Shown: piece after piece, positions 1 through 21,939 of the stretch
How positions within the stretch are numbered: position 1 is the stretch's first letter
How the letters are laid out: every line of letters begins with the position of its first letter
Assembly: GCF_009914755.1 (NCBI RefSeq)
Contig: NC_060945.1
DNA length: 64,000 nucleotides
Source: the human T2T-CHM13v2.0 reference genome, Homo sapiens
Direction: 5' to 3' (one strand)
Program-made: the position numbers and the translations under genes
The notes under the pieces: generated by a model
The model's database searches: none
Told to the model about the DNA's origin: nothing
The model's input: the letters and a program-made list of their open reading frames with translations, nothing else

Positions 1-548
<548 letters not shown>

Positions 549-1326
549 TCAACAGAAGACCAGGAAGGTCATTTATGGTACATTATCGCACTGACCTCAA
601 GACCACTGGCAACGGGGACAGCTCAGCATGCTGCTACAGCCAAGCCTCCACCTCATATCAGATGGAGCAAAGGAAGGCTCAGAGCAAAGCAGGGATCATG
701 AGCCCATCTGTGCCAAGAGCCACAAGAAAGGACAGAAAGTCTCTGGATGGTTTCGCAAGCAGCTGCTGCTCGCACAATGGACAGGGGTCTGTTGTAGAAG
801 GAAGACTCACTTCTCCCCATACTCCCTTTTATACTGTTCCAACTACCAAGGACACTATTACTGATTTTAAATTTTATTATGAAATGAATCATACAACATA
901 CATAACACATATATGCCCAGTTATAAGATTAATAAATCATCAAGCACCTGTGCACTTACACCCAGTTGAGAAGTTGTGGCCATGAGAGGCACCACCTCCC
1001 ATTCCCAAAAGTAACCACTATGCTGAGATTATGATCATTATTTTCCTTCTTTTCTTTAGGGTTATACCACTATATATAAATCTGAAACAACCTATTTAGT
1101 TTGAATATACACTATTTGTATATTCCCTATTAATTGCTTTTTCTCCACTACTTATATTTTGAGAATTCACCCTTATTGGTGCATGCAGCCATAATCTGGC
1201 TTGTTCATAGCTGTCTCCCAGCACCTAGTGCAGTGGGCAAATGGCAGGCACCCTATAAATATCAGTTGACATACAGAGTAGCCACCACGTCCCAATCTAA
1301 CTCCTGACTTTTCCCCTTATATTGTA

Positions 1327-1347
1327 TGTGTGTGTGTGTGTGTGTGT
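1327..1347. repeat. (TG)n microsatellite
   Basis: Run of about 10 TG dinucleotides. Confidence 0.9.
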
Positions 1348-1527
1348 AATCAAGTATTTCTGAAATGCAGTATAATCCAATTAGTCTATTTTAGGTATTC
1401 ATTGCTATAACATTTTCCCTCATCCTTTTACCACTGAATACAGAAACTGATAGCTCATATATTTTGAATTTGTTAAAAGACTCTTCCCCGTGTGTGTGGA
1501 TTTTGCCTGTAGGAACACAGGACTCAC

Positions 1528-1680
1528 CGCTGTAGATACTTGCAGAAGCACTGAAGCTCCTGGAGGGTCTCCTTTGCAGTCTGGAAGATTTCCTCCACGA
1601 GAAACAAGTCCACTAAGTGGGCACAGACATCCTCACAGCAACGGGCCACACGGACCCTCTGGTCTGTCTCTACTGCATTC
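1528..1680 (-). CDS. MCM3AP: MCM3AP exon 16 (CID region); the gene continues beyond the window start
   Basis: tctag|[19 protein letters not shown]...CKYLQ|gtgagt; 153 nt, cumulative 3734. Confidence 0.95.
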
Positions 1681-1762
1681 CTAGAAACAGGGCAATCAGC
1701 ATGGAAGACACTGCACTTGGGGCCCACAGACACTGAGGGCTTGCTTGAAAAGTGCAAGAGTC

Positions 1763-2676
<914 letters not shown>

Positions 2677-3381
2677 GTGCAAGAGTCTGCATCCTCAGTA
2701 TTAAAATGTAATTCTATCTTCATTGTAAAAGAAGCTTTAATACTTAAACTACAGACACCTAGAAAGACAGGGTAAAAAGAATTAAGTGGAACAGGGTGCC
2801 AAATTATAGGTCCATAGGGGCCCTCGTAACAGTTAAGAAATAAACCTTTATCTTAATAAAATAGTCAGAATTTTTAATTATTTTAGAGACAGGGTCTCAC
2901 TATGTTGCCCAGGCTGGAGTACAGTGGCCACCACAGGTGCAGTCATAGCACACTACCTGGAACTTCTGAGCTTAAGTGATCTTTGCACCTCAGTCTCTTG
3001 AGTTGCTGGGACTACAGGTGCCTGGCGTAGAATTTGTAAATTACCATGCAGACAACCACAAAATCTTCTCATCAGCAACATCTGACTTGTGCAATCAATT
3101 GGAAGTGTCTCAAATATATGATAAATGCCAGTGGCTAATAAGGATGGCTGACTATGATCATGTGGTGGCAGCCCTCATATAAAAGAGAATTTTTTATAAT
3201 AAAATTCTATTAGCCAAGGGAGCACAGAGGACTGCATCAAATACATTTGGTCACAAAATCAAAGTAGCTTAGACAGGCAAGATCCATTTCCAATAGCCCA
3301 TCCTCAGTGGTGCAAGACACAGCCTAGGGCAGAGCCAAAGCTCACTCTCCTGGCACAGCAAGACACCAGCGTTTCACTTAC

Positions 3382-3495
3382 TTCAACTCCTGGGAGCAGG
3401 TTTCCCTCACAAACTCCATCATCACGCGTTCCATCAGCTCCACGGCCAGGCCCTGGCTCAGCTCACTTAACACCAGCTCTCTCTCTTGTTTCAAC
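3382..3495 (-). CDS. MCM3AP: MCM3AP exon 15 (CID helix region, ENY2 binding)
   Basis: tgtag|[23 protein letters not shown]...SQEL|gtaagt; 114 nt. Confidence 0.95.
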
Positions 3496-3868
3496 CTACA
3501 GGGAAGAGAAAAAATACACAAGGGTAATGTTTAAGAATAAAAATAAGTGCTGTTTGTTTTACTCCCTGGCCACGCAGACAGGGATTGAGGTGTGCTGCCT
3601 GAGTCGGTAGGCCACCCCTACTCCAGCTCCCCTGACACCACCTCCCTTCCCCTGCCTTTCCTGGCTGGGAAGGGCCACTGCTCACGGGTAGGTGTGGCCT
3701 GAGGAGCTCCATCCATCCCCTGGGCTGAAGCATAGGAGGGCATGAGTGGGTCAGCAGGGGTGGAATGGTAGCACAGTGGACAATAGCAGGAGCATCGTGG
3801 CCAGGGTCAGTTCTTGCCTGTGTCCACACTGAGCTCCTTATTCGGCTGCATGGACAAGACACACTTAC

Positions 3869-4000
3869 CTTTCCTCTTCAGCCCGCTGCCTCTCCTGCTC
3901 CCTTCGCTCTCTTTCCTTAGACACTTCTTCAGCTGCAATGTGCCTCAAAATGCCCGTGGTTGCAGCTGTTAACAAATCCTCCATAGCAGCATTAGAAACA
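3869..4000 (-). CDS. MCM3AP: MCM3AP exon 14
   Basis: tttag|[16 protein letters not shown]...RQRAEEE|gtaagt; 132 nt. Confidence 0.95.
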
Positions 4001-4391
4001 CTAAACGGAGCAAAGGGGATAGCATTCAAAATCAGAGTCAAGGCCGGGTGCGGTGGCTCACGCCTGTAATCCCAGCACTTTGGGAGGCTGAGGTGGGCGG
4101 ATCACAAGGTCAGAAGATCAAGACCATTCTGGCCAACACAGTGAAACCCCATCTCTACTAAAAATACAAAAATTAGCCAGGCGCGGCAGCACACGCCTGT
4201 AGCCCCAGCTACTCAGGAGGCTGAGGCAGAAGAATTGCTCGGACCTGGGAGCGGGAGACTGCAGTGAGCCAAGATTGCGTCACTGTACTCCAGCCTGGGC
4301 GACACAGCGAGACTCTGTCTCAAAAAAAAAAAAAAAAAGAAAGAAAAATATCAGAAAAAAGCCAAGTCATTGACAAGGGAAAAAAAACACA

Positions 4392-4639
4392 CAGGTTGAG
4401 TGTCCCTAATCCAAAAATCTGAAATCCAAAATGCTCCAAAATCTCAAACTTTTTGAGCACAACATGTCATGCTTTTCAAAGGAAATGCTCATTGGAGCAT
4501 TTTAGAATTCAGATTTTCAGATTTTTAGGTAAGAGATACTCAACTGGTACATATAATACAAATATTCCAAAATCCAAAAATATCTGTCATCTAAAACCCT
4601 TGTGGTTCCAAGCGTTTTGAAGAAGGGATATGCAACCTG
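4392..4639. mobile_element. Tigger4/MER46-family DNA transposon relic
   Basis: Terminal inverted repeats CAGGTTGAG...CAACCTG followed by TA; internal atccaaaatgctccaaaatc. Confidence 0.75.
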
Positions 4640-4689
4640 TACTTGTTTGGCTGCCAGCAGAAAAATTAAGCCCACTGTTAGAAACACAC

Positions 4690-6630
<1,941 letters not shown>

Positions 6631-6708
6631 TATGAGAGGAAACTTCTGGAGGACTGGGTGCAGCTCCCCGCAGCACGTAGCAGGAGGGGAGCACGAGATG
6701 CCACTCAC

Positions 6709-6809
6709 CCCAGGGCGGCAGCTGCGTAGGCAGCACCCGCAGAGCCAACTTCCTCACAGTCCCTCTGCAGGGCCTCCTGGATGAGCTCGTCCACCACCTG
6801 CGCCAGGTC
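6709..6809 (-). CDS. MCM3AP: MCM3AP exon 13
   Basis: cacag|[33 protein letters not shown]|gtgagt; 101 nt. Confidence 0.95.
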
Positions 6810-7217
6810 CTGTGGAGAGACCAGCATGGGGTGTAATGGAACGTCCCACCCAGGGCAGAAATGCTGGGTAACATGTTGTCACCGGACAGTCTGCAGGCGT
6901 CTCGTGACAGAAGCACAACCCCTGACACGGGGTCGGCTAGGCTGTTGCAGGAAAGGTGTCCCCTAGCGAATGGAAAGGTGCCATCTGGAGAGGAAGGCGC
7001 CCTGCGGATGGCCACACAGCGCCCTGGCCTAGCCATCTCCAGTCTACGTCAAGCAGCCTCTGTTTCTGTGACCACTCTATGCTCCCCCTAAGCACTCCCT
7101 GATCCCCAGATGGGCTGGTGCCCAGTGCCTGCCCCGAAGCAGCCAGAGTGGCACAATCCAGTCTCACAACCATGGAGTCGACAGGCTCTACTCAATATCA
7201 AGGCACCTGTCGGGACC

Positions 7218-7632
7218 ATGCCCACCCTGAGGCCACAACCATCAAGGGGCACATCCACCCCCAGGCCAGGCTGGTCAAGGGGCTCACCCACCCCCAGGCC
7301 ATGCCCATCAGGGTGCACAGCCAGAGACCACACACACCAGAGGGGACACGACCACCCCGAGGCCACGCCTATCAGGGGGCACAGCCACCCCAAGCCATGC
7401 CCATCAGGGGGCACACCCGCCAGGGGACACGCCCATCCCAGGTCACACCCATCAGTGGGGACACCCAACCCCAGGACATGCCCTTCAGGGGACACACCCA
7501 CACTCAGTCCATGCATATTGGGGTCCCATCAGGGGGACATGCCCACTCCAGGCCACACCCAAGGGGACACACCCACCCAGGCCACACCCACCAGGCGGAC
7601 ACGCCACCCCAGGTCACACCCATCAGGGGGCG
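7218..7632. repeat. Diverged ~30-34-bp tandem repeat (~13 units) in MCM3AP intron 12
   Basis: Recurring ACACCCACCCCAGGCCACACCCATCAGGGGGC-like units. Confidence 0.8.
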
Positions 7633-7913
7633 CACAATGCTGCCAATGATCCCGTCAGGAATAGACGGGTGTTGAGTTCAGACACACGGGCTCAGGCCGG
7701 TGCTGTGACAGGAAGCTCCTGAGATGAAGACGGACTCCAGAATGAGCCTGAATAGGTGGGCCCTACCTGAGGCTGAGTGACTCTAGGCAGGACCCCTCTC
7801 TGGACTCTCCTGAGAGACCAGGCGCCACAGCCCCACCTCATGGGGTGATGACTAAGGACGTTTGCGCACAATGGGCTTCCCAGAGTCCAGACCTAGAAAA
7901 AAAGAGTCCCTAC

Positions 7914-8116
7914 CTCGTCAGAGTACATGGGCACGGGCTCTGGAGGCGGTGGTTCAGGCTGCACAGACAGCTGGAAGAGGCTGGGCGCCACAGACGGGGT
8001 CAGTGCCAGGACAGGAGGCAGAGGCACTGGTGAGGGCGCAGGGGCTGGTAGAGACTGTGGGAGACTGGACAGGGGTGCATCCGGCTCTACACCACACTCC
8101 TCTCCTCTCCCTCCGC
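7914..8116 (-). CDS. MCM3AP: MCM3AP exon 12 (Pro-rich linker)
   Basis: tccag|[14 protein letters not shown]...PMYSDE|gtaggg; 203 nt. Confidence 0.95.
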
Positions 8117-8512
8117 CTGGAAGGAAACATACAGGACAAAACATAGCTGCAGACACAGGGTGCCTGGCACCACGGGGACCGAGGTCTGTGCAGGGACAGC
8201 CCCAGGCCACCCACAGTGACCCTGAGGACTGGCCTGCCCTCCAGGAGACCAGCTACGTGGGACAACATACGCTTTGCATGAAAAACAAGCCCCAGGATGT
8301 CAGGGAGCCAGGAGGAGGGCTTCAAAGCCCTCAGTCCACTCCCAGTGAGAACCATCTGAGCATGAGGAAGAGCCACACCCCTGGGCCCCAAGACAAGACA
8401 GGTGCTCAGGCTCCTGGGAGGCGTCCTGGCGAGAAAATGCAGATGCCCAGGCTCCTGGGAGGCGTTCTGGTGGGAAAATGCAGCTAGTCCCCTCACTACG
8501 ACTGCAGCTTCA

Positions 8513-8791
<279 letters not shown>

Positions 8792-9573
8792 TCACCAGGG
8801 GAGAAGACAGCTTCGCCCTCAGTGCCCTGCTGAGTACTGCAAGCCCCTTGGGCGTCACCACAGCCATGTGTAAATAACAGAAAGCACAGGCGCCAGGTCC
8901 CACTGCCGCCCACCCTGGAGCCTCTGTAGGTCCCTAGAACCACTAAGCCCAGCGTGTTAACAGACGCACGCTGACTCACTCCTGCCTCCTTGCTGGCTCA
9001 CCCAAAACCGTCTAATTTTCTGAGGACAGAACTGGAAGGAGGAGACAGAACTAGAAGGAGACAGAACTGGAAGGAGGAGACAGGCAGGAGGCAGGTGAGG
9101 AGTTAGAGGAGACAGGGTGGGGAACTAGGCACCGGGTGTTGAGTGTAAGCTGCCAGTTTCTGAGAGAGCGTCTGTGAGTCTCACCACTCTGACTGGTAAG
9201 TACCGGAGAAGACTCCGGCTGGCCTGCGGGTGCCTCCATCCCAGCCGTCAGAGGTTGTCCGTCATTGGCTGGCAAAGGCAGTCAAGGGAAAGAATAAAGA
9301 AGGCCCTAACTTTTATCTTTAGGTTTGTCAGCAAGTCATGAAAAGGACTGATTTTGGAGTCACAAAGAACTTGGTCTGAGCCCTCAATGTGCTGACAGCC
9401 AGGATGTGACCTTGGGAACACCCCCAGCCATTCTGAGTCTCGTGTGTTCACCTGCATGGCAGAGGGAATGCACCTTCTTCAAGTCAGGCAAGCAGCCAGC
9501 CCTTCACAGCCCTTCATCAGAATTAACAAGAAAAAAGGAGACAGGGGCCCCACAGTTCCATTCTCAGCTCTTA

Positions 9574-9753
<180 letters not shown>

Positions 9754-10131
9754 TCACTGCAGTCTCAGACGAAGGCCCAGTCAGACACATGCAGTCAGCC
9801 CATGACCACAGCCATGGCCAGCATGGGGCACATGGGCTCCTCCTGGGCTGAGTCCACCAGAAGGCGCTTTGGCAACACGGAACCCAAGCTTAGAGATCAT
9901 AGGCGGTCTGCTCAGGGGCAGTGCTCAGGAATGCGTGCCAAGCAAACACTCTCATAGAGAAGGATGGCTTGTGAAGGTTTTATTCATAAGAGAAATCATG
10001 AAACAAACTGTCCATCAACAAGACCAGGTGAAGTCAGCTGTGCAGCATCCACATGACAAAAGGCCAGGAAGGTGCTGCAGAGGACCCCGGAGACCATGGA
10101 ATGCCAGCAGGAAACCAATCCCGTGGAATGA

Positions 10132-12012
<1,881 letters not shown>

Positions 12013-12984
12013 AATATTAACTACAAGTGGCAAGTTGTGGAAAACCTTTTCATTTACTCCAGAATATCAGTTCTGTTTGGCAACCTGCAGATCTGACAAG
12101 GAGCAAACCTGCAAAAGACCTTCTGACTGTGACATGACTGTGGGTTTAGTCACTGTTTACAGGAGGCCCTGATGTGTGACCAAAGAAATGACCTGGAGCC
12201 ACAGATCAACCAAGGCAGGTCCCAGGATCTCCCAGGCAGCATCCTCCCCACGCTGTGGCCACTACGGGCTTGTGGCAAGGAATCCTGGCAGCCTCCTTGG
12301 AGCCGCTGCCAGAATGGGCAGCAGAGTGTGTGCGAGGTGAGGTGGCGCTCTGTGCGGTGGGCCGCGGTCCTGGTCACATTGCACTGAACGGAATCATGCA
12401 GGGCCTAGAACAGCAGGTGCTACAGGGGCTGCTCTGTCCTCATCCCCAAGTTCCGTGGAAGTGGAACAAAATAACCGACTGGAAACCCCAAGACACAGTT
12501 TACTCTGCGCAAACCCCAGGGGAGGGACTGGCCTTCCCATTGCCTCTGCAACCCTAGCACACGGCAAAGCACAGACACTGAGGCACCCACTGAAAGGAAC
12601 TTAGCGCCATCAGCCTCACTCCAGAAACTTCGATTTAAAACATGAAGCATTTCAAAGTCAGAGATTTTGTGCATATGATATGAGATTTTTGCTTTTTAGT
12701 TAGCTTTCATGGATGATGATAGTGCTGAATTCAACCTATGTTTTCCCAAAGAGATTTTTCTTATTTGAACCATGGAACAGTATTTTCCATTGCACAGCCT
12801 TTCCGGATGGTGACCAACAGTGATAACCCCTATAAAACAGGGCAACACCGGTAACCCCTTCGTGGGGCTGCTGCAAGGGTGACACAGCATCAGCCTGAGA
12901 CCTCCTTTGAAAAGCTTGGAATAAGAAAGCACCCAAACAGCACAAGAACCACCTGCTTTCTTCCAACTCTGCAAGCACAGCTCA

Positions 12985-13473
<489 letters not shown>

Positions 13474-13757
13474 TTACTAACTACCACGCTTGGATTGGTT
13501 TGACAAAGGTTTCCTTCAAAACAATAATGAATAGAATAAACAAATTCAAAAAGCAATTTAGGAATCAGTTATCAAAAAGTTACTTTAAAGTAATGCCAAT
13601 GGACTGTCAGCTGTGCTGGATGGTAAAGTCTAAAAAACAGAAAACTTAACTCTTTTTGTTTAGAAATGAATTGATTTTGACTGAATTATTCGTGATGGAG
13701 AACAAATGCTTGTCACGTAGAAAAAGACAATACAGCAATCTTTCATAACCAGTTTAA

Positions 13758-13943
<186 letters not shown>

Positions 13944-15152
13944 TAGGGTCTTGCTTTGTCACCCAGACTGGAGGACAGTGGCATGATCACAGCTTACTGC
14001 AGCCTTGACCTCCTGGGCTCAAGGGATCCTCCCACCTCAGCCTCCCCAGTCGCTGGAACTACAGGCACACATCACCACACCTGGTTAATTTTATTTATTT
14101 ATTCATTTTTGTGGAAGGGTCTCACCATGTTGCCCAGGCTATACAAGGCTTAATTTTAAAATTTAAAATCAGCCGGGCATGGAGACTCTAACTGTAATCC
14201 CAGCACTTTGGGAGGCCGAGGCAGGTGGATCACCTGAGGTCAGGAGTTCCGGACAAGCCTGGCCAACATGGTGAAACCCTGTCTCTACTAAAAATACAAA
14301 AAAATGAGGCGGGCATGGTGGTATGTGCCTGTAATCCCAGCTACTCAGGAGACTGAGGCAAGAGAATCGCTTGAACCCAGGAGGTGGAGGTTGCAGTGAG
14401 CCAAGATCGCACTACTGTACTCCGGCCTGGGCAACAGAGCAGGACTCGGTCTCAAAAATAAAATGAAATAAAAAATTAAAATCAACCACACATCTAGATA
14501 TTCTGTCACACAGTTCTTGAGGAAAATACAAAGAAAAAAAAAAGAGGTTCACCATTGATAGGGGATTCTTAGAACTAAAGGGGACACTGTCCACCATAAG
14601 TCCAGCTTAACCACAAGCAGAGGGTCCACCACAAGCAGAGGGCCAGAGAGCTCGCCAGACTTCGCATGTAAGTGACTAATTATGGATCAGACCAGGGTTT
14701 TACATTCATTCATTCTCACTACCCCATTCTTCGCATTTTTGTTTTACATAATTTTTTCCTCTCTTATTCTGAGATCTTTGACAAAACTATCTGGGAACAG
14801 GGAACTGCTAACAACCTTGCAGGGCACCTGGAACTCCCTCTCCTGGTTCACTCACCTGTCTCATGAGGAGGATTCCTTCCTCATTTTCTCACTGGTGAGG
14901 AGAAACTATTTTCAGAAATGAACATGTGGGGCCTACGTCAGATGTGCTGGTCCCAGGGCACACCCCCATCGCTCTTCCCCCAGCTCAGCTCAGCCGACTG
15001 CAAAGCCAGACCAAGGTCCTCTACTATCATCCCAACATCTGCTACCAGACAGAATGCTGCACTATTGGCTACTGCCACTCCTGAAAGCTCTTCTCCTGTT
15101 TAAAGCCTGCCTTTTCAGCCACCTTAGGACAACTTTTGGATGTGAAAATTCA

Positions 15153-15500
<348 letters not shown>

Positions 15501-15571
15501 TCAATTTCTCACTTTTCAATTTGAAACAAAGCCCATGATGCACATTTTAATAGGACTTTGTAGTGACTTAA

Positions 15572-15892
<321 letters not shown>

Positions 15893-15923
15893 TAAAATAT
15901 ATAACAGAGTAATAAAAATATCA

Positions 15924-16178
<255 letters not shown>

Positions 16179-17665
16179 CTAGAGACATGAAGCCGAGACA
16201 GGATGCCCATGTGGCATACCTTGGGCCAGGCATAGTTATGCCTGAAAATGAGGGGGAAAATCACATACACACCCACACAAGATCAGTATTTGAGAATATA
16301 TTTTTTCAACATAAAATTTCTGTTAAAAGGTGACAATCAAAATTCAAAGACAAATAGAGAAATTTGATTTTGGCAAATATGACAAGGAGTTAAGATATGA
16401 GTGCGTCATGACAAACAGGAGGAATGTTAAGTGAAGGCACATCTGCTAGCCTCCAAAGCAGAGAGACGGGACAGGGAAGGGCCTCAAGCACTTAAAAGGT
16501 CTCAGGCCCGCTCACACACCAGATTAAGTCTACACAGAGCAGAAGTGAAACAGAGACAGGCGGTGAGGACTGCTGAGGACACAGCATCAGGGGCTGGCTG
16601 CCCACCTGGGGCCTGGAATTGCATCTCCCACCTCAAAAGGAGGCTGAAGACGTGGCCAAGGGAAGAGGCAGAGATGTACACAGGACAAGGCCCTGGGCAT
16701 GTGCCTCTCCTGGGGCAGGGGCCCTACAGTGACACGAGTTGCTGGGCTGGGGACCCCGCACCAGGCGAAGGGTGTATAAAGCCACCAGCCAGGAAGAGGA
16801 GAAGCCCATAAGCAAAATTCACAAAGTCCAAAAGGATCTATATTGGTGCAGCTTTCTGGGGCAACAATTTGGGAAGATACATGGATAATGTTCAGGAAAG
16901 GTCATACCCTCTGATGCAGTAATTTAATTCTTAGGATCTGAAGAAAATAATCTAAATACCAGAGAAGCATTACATACAAGATGCCAAACAATATTACTAA
17001 TAGAACTAAAAATTTAGAAGCAGCCTATCTACTAATGGTAAAAATGCAGAGTTTTGACAGAGCTACTAATAAAATAATATGCTGTCATTTTTAAATGCTC
17101 ATAGTTTACCCTAACAAAGGAAAATGTTCATGACATAATTTTAAGTGGAAAAGATACACATAAAATTGTATCTAGAGCATAATCTCGAATGTGTAAAACA
17201 TAAGCATAGAAACAGACAGGAATAAGATCGTAAAAAGAAAAAAGTTAGCTGGATGTGGTGGCTCACGCCTGTAATCCCAGCACTTTGGGAGGCGGAGGTG
17301 GGCAGATGACTTGAGCTTAGGAGTTCGGGACCAGCCTGGGCAACACGGCAAGACCCCATCGCTGCAAAAAATAAAACAGTAACTAGGCGTGGTGGAGCAT
17401 GCCTGTAATCCCAGCTACTCTGTAAGCTGAGTGAGAGGAGAGGATCACCTGAGCCTGGGAAGTTGAGGCTGTAGTGAGCCATGATTGGACCACTGCACTT
17501 CAGCCTAGGTGACAGAGTGAGACCCTGTCTCAAAAAAAAAAAAAAAAAAAAAAGAATTTGAAAAACAACTTTATTTAAAATAACTTGCATCTATACCTTA
17601 TCATGTATAGGTACCAATTACAGAGTGAACATCTCACAATGCAAAACAGCTTAATATGATTGTTA

Positions 17666-17929
<264 letters not shown>

Positions 17930-19013
17930 TCAAGTAAAAGGTAAGAATGTACCACATGGTTAGCACGAACCTACAGAAGTGTATTCTCATAATGATAAAA
18001 AGAAATTAAAACTTAAAACACACACACACATTACAAAAGAAAAGAAAAACATTTGTAAAACTCAGAGCCTCAGACAAAGAGGACTTATGGTCTATTATGC
18101 CAGGCAGTGGGACATCAAAGCTCCCAAAGACCCGAGTCCACCTCTCTCTAACAGTCACAGACCCTCACTGCAGACTAAGAGAAAGACCCCCGAGTCACCT
18201 CTCCAACAGTCACAGACCCTCACTGCAGATAAAAGCAGGGGAGTGTCCTCACTTTCAGCCGGAGTTTTCTAACTCCTGTAATGACCTCAATGACAAAAAA
18301 TCATGGTGCAGGATGTTTACTAAAAGGATTGACTTGTAACAACTGCAAATATTCAAAATATATCACTATTCTAAAACTGTCTCAGTATTCACCATGACTT
18401 TAATATAAGAATCATATAATGGACGTTAACTGGGTTCTTACCTGAATGAGTAAACTGCTATTACACTTAAGTTACAATGTAGCTTGCAAGGAAAAGGAAA
18501 TGCAACAACTTCACACTCAAAATATATACTTATTGTTTTCATGTTGAAAAATTCTAATACCTGGGCCCGGCCTGGTGGCTCACGCCTGTAATCCCAGCAC
18601 TTTGGGAGGCCAAGACTGGCAGATCACCTGAGGTCGGGAGTTCGAGACCAGCCTGACCAACATGGAGAAACCCCATCTCTACTAAGAATACAAAAATTAG
18701 CCGGGCGTGGTGGCGCATGGCTGTAGTCCCAGCTACTCAGGAGGCTGAGGCAAGACAATCACTTGAACCCGGGAGGCGGACGTTGCAGTGAGCTGACGTT
18801 GCGCTCACTCTGTCATGGTACTCCACCATGGGTAACAGAGCAAGACTCCATCTCGAGGAAAAAAAAAAAAAGAAAAATTCTAATACCTAATAATAATTTT
18901 TAGAATATAAAAATCACTGTATCAATGATATGATGTTTGATGGCAGCTTTTATTACTATATGTTATTATATTAAGGAAACATGGTGATTATTCAAATTAT
19001 CCACAGCTTTTAA

Positions 19014-19293
<280 letters not shown>

Positions 19294-19296
19294 TAA

Positions 19297-19524
<228 letters not shown>

Positions 19525-20120
19525 TAGAGATGGGGGTTTTGCCATGTTGGCCAGGCTAGTCTTTAACTCCTGACCTCAGGTGGTCCCTCATGCCTCAGCC
19601 TCCCAAAGTGCTGGGATTACAGGTGTGAGCCACCATGCCCAGCCCGGCTGAAATTTAAGAGAAAAAAATTGGCTAAGAGAAGTACCTGTGTTTTTTCCTT
19701 TTATTTTTGGTCCCTGCATATATTTTTAGTGTTAATGGAATACTTACTTTTTAGTAGGTAATACATTCACACAGTTCAACATTGTAACAGTGTAAGAATG
19801 CCCTGTCCAAGACGGAGCACTCCACCATAACCTCTGCCCCTCGGAATCCCGCTCCCTCTACAGACAGGAGCCCATTCTTTTGCATCCTCCCACTACTATT
19901 TTATACATACATTAGCAAACATATTTGCACATTTATGTACACATACACGCAACACTCACTCCAAGAAGACAGGCAGACTATGAAGATCAGACACAGCATA
20001 TCACAGGCTCTGAGACTCAACAGCAATAGAGCCCAATGGAAAGGAGTTGCTCCTGCCCTGATGGCACCCAAGATGACGACCTCACCAGGCCCCTAGAACC
20101 TCTGCCACCAAGTGCCATAC

Positions 20121-20311
20121 CTTGCCGCATGATCCTGTCTCTCTGGTCAAGCAGGCGGTACTTCTCCTTGGATGTCTCAGCCACAGTGCCTATCAGGGTA
20201 CTGAGGGAGAGCACACATGGCCCGAGGCCCTCGGAGCCCTCGGAGGCTGAGTCAAAAGAGTCTCCCTCGAATTGGTGGGCCTTTAGAAGACTTGGCTTCT
20301 TCACTGGAGAG
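20121..20311 (-). CDS. MCM3AP: MCM3AP exon 5
   Basis: tatag|[10 protein letters not shown]...DRIMRQ|gtatgg; 191 nt, cumulative 1858. Confidence 0.95.
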
Positions 20312-21228
20312 CTATAAAGTAAACACCACGCTGAGGGCCCTCGTCCCAGGAAGGCCTTCAGAGCATTTTCATTTCTGAACACGTCCCCTCATCTTTCAAG
20401 ATTTTCTGGTCCTCTAAAGCTGAGAAACTACAAGCACTGAAATGAGATGAGTTTTGATAAGGATGGTAATGAGCACAAAAGCGTTATTCACATTACTCAC
20501 TGACTTTAATATAATTTTGAAATATTTCATACTTTTGAAAAACAAAATAGCCTGGGCAACATAGGGAGACCCCATCTCTACAAAAAATTTAAAAATTAGC
20601 CGGGCATGGTGGCATGTGCCTCTAGTCCCAGCTACTCGAGAGGCTGGGGTGAGAGGATTGCTTGAGCCTGGCAGGCAGAGGTTGCAGTGAGCTGAGATTA
20701 TTACACTGCTGCTCTCCAGCCTGGGTGACAGAGTGAGACTCTAACTTACCACCCCCCGAAAAAAAAAAAAAGATAGGCTCATTTAAACAGCTAAAATGAA
20801 CACTTACTGATTTCTATTTCAAAGAAATAAACTCAGCATGAAAAAAGTCTTTAATATCATAAGGAAATATTAAGCCTACATGTTTTAAAACAGAAATTAT
20901 TTTGGTAGAAGGACATACTAAAAGGAATCAGGCATTCTCTCTCAGCTTCCCCATTTTCTAGCTTTCATCATTTTCTGAACTTGAATGTCAAAGATTATGT
21001 CAAACCAGCAACTAAACTGCTCATCACAAAACGGAAAGTGAGGAAAATACATTGGCCAAAAGATGAAAAGATGGATTCAGCCGGAGATCTGTCAAAGTAG
21101 GCCTGGTGTGAAAAGCAAAAGCCTTTGAGAACAGAGTTCCCCAGACAGACAAGGTAGCCAGGGCACTTCACATCACATGCCGGTTAACACAACTAACATG
21201 GCCGACCGTGTCTGCTTCACTGTGATAA

Positions 21229-21579
<351 letters not shown>

Positions 21580-21768
21580 TCAGGAAAAAAAAAAAAAAAA
21601 AAGTAATGCTGGAAACTGCTGAAAGTGATTATTAGAAATGCATGGTTTGGCCGGGCATGCATCTCTAGTCAGGAGTTCGAGACCAGCCTGGCCAACATGG
21701 TGAAACCCCATCTCTACTAAAAATACAAAAATATTAGCTGGGCGTGGTGGAGCGCACCTGTAATCTCA

Positions 21769-21939
<171 letters not shown>

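Noticed and set aside
7088-7675. Overlapping 140-185-aa ORFs
   Set aside because: They are products of the stop-poor degenerate tandem repeat.
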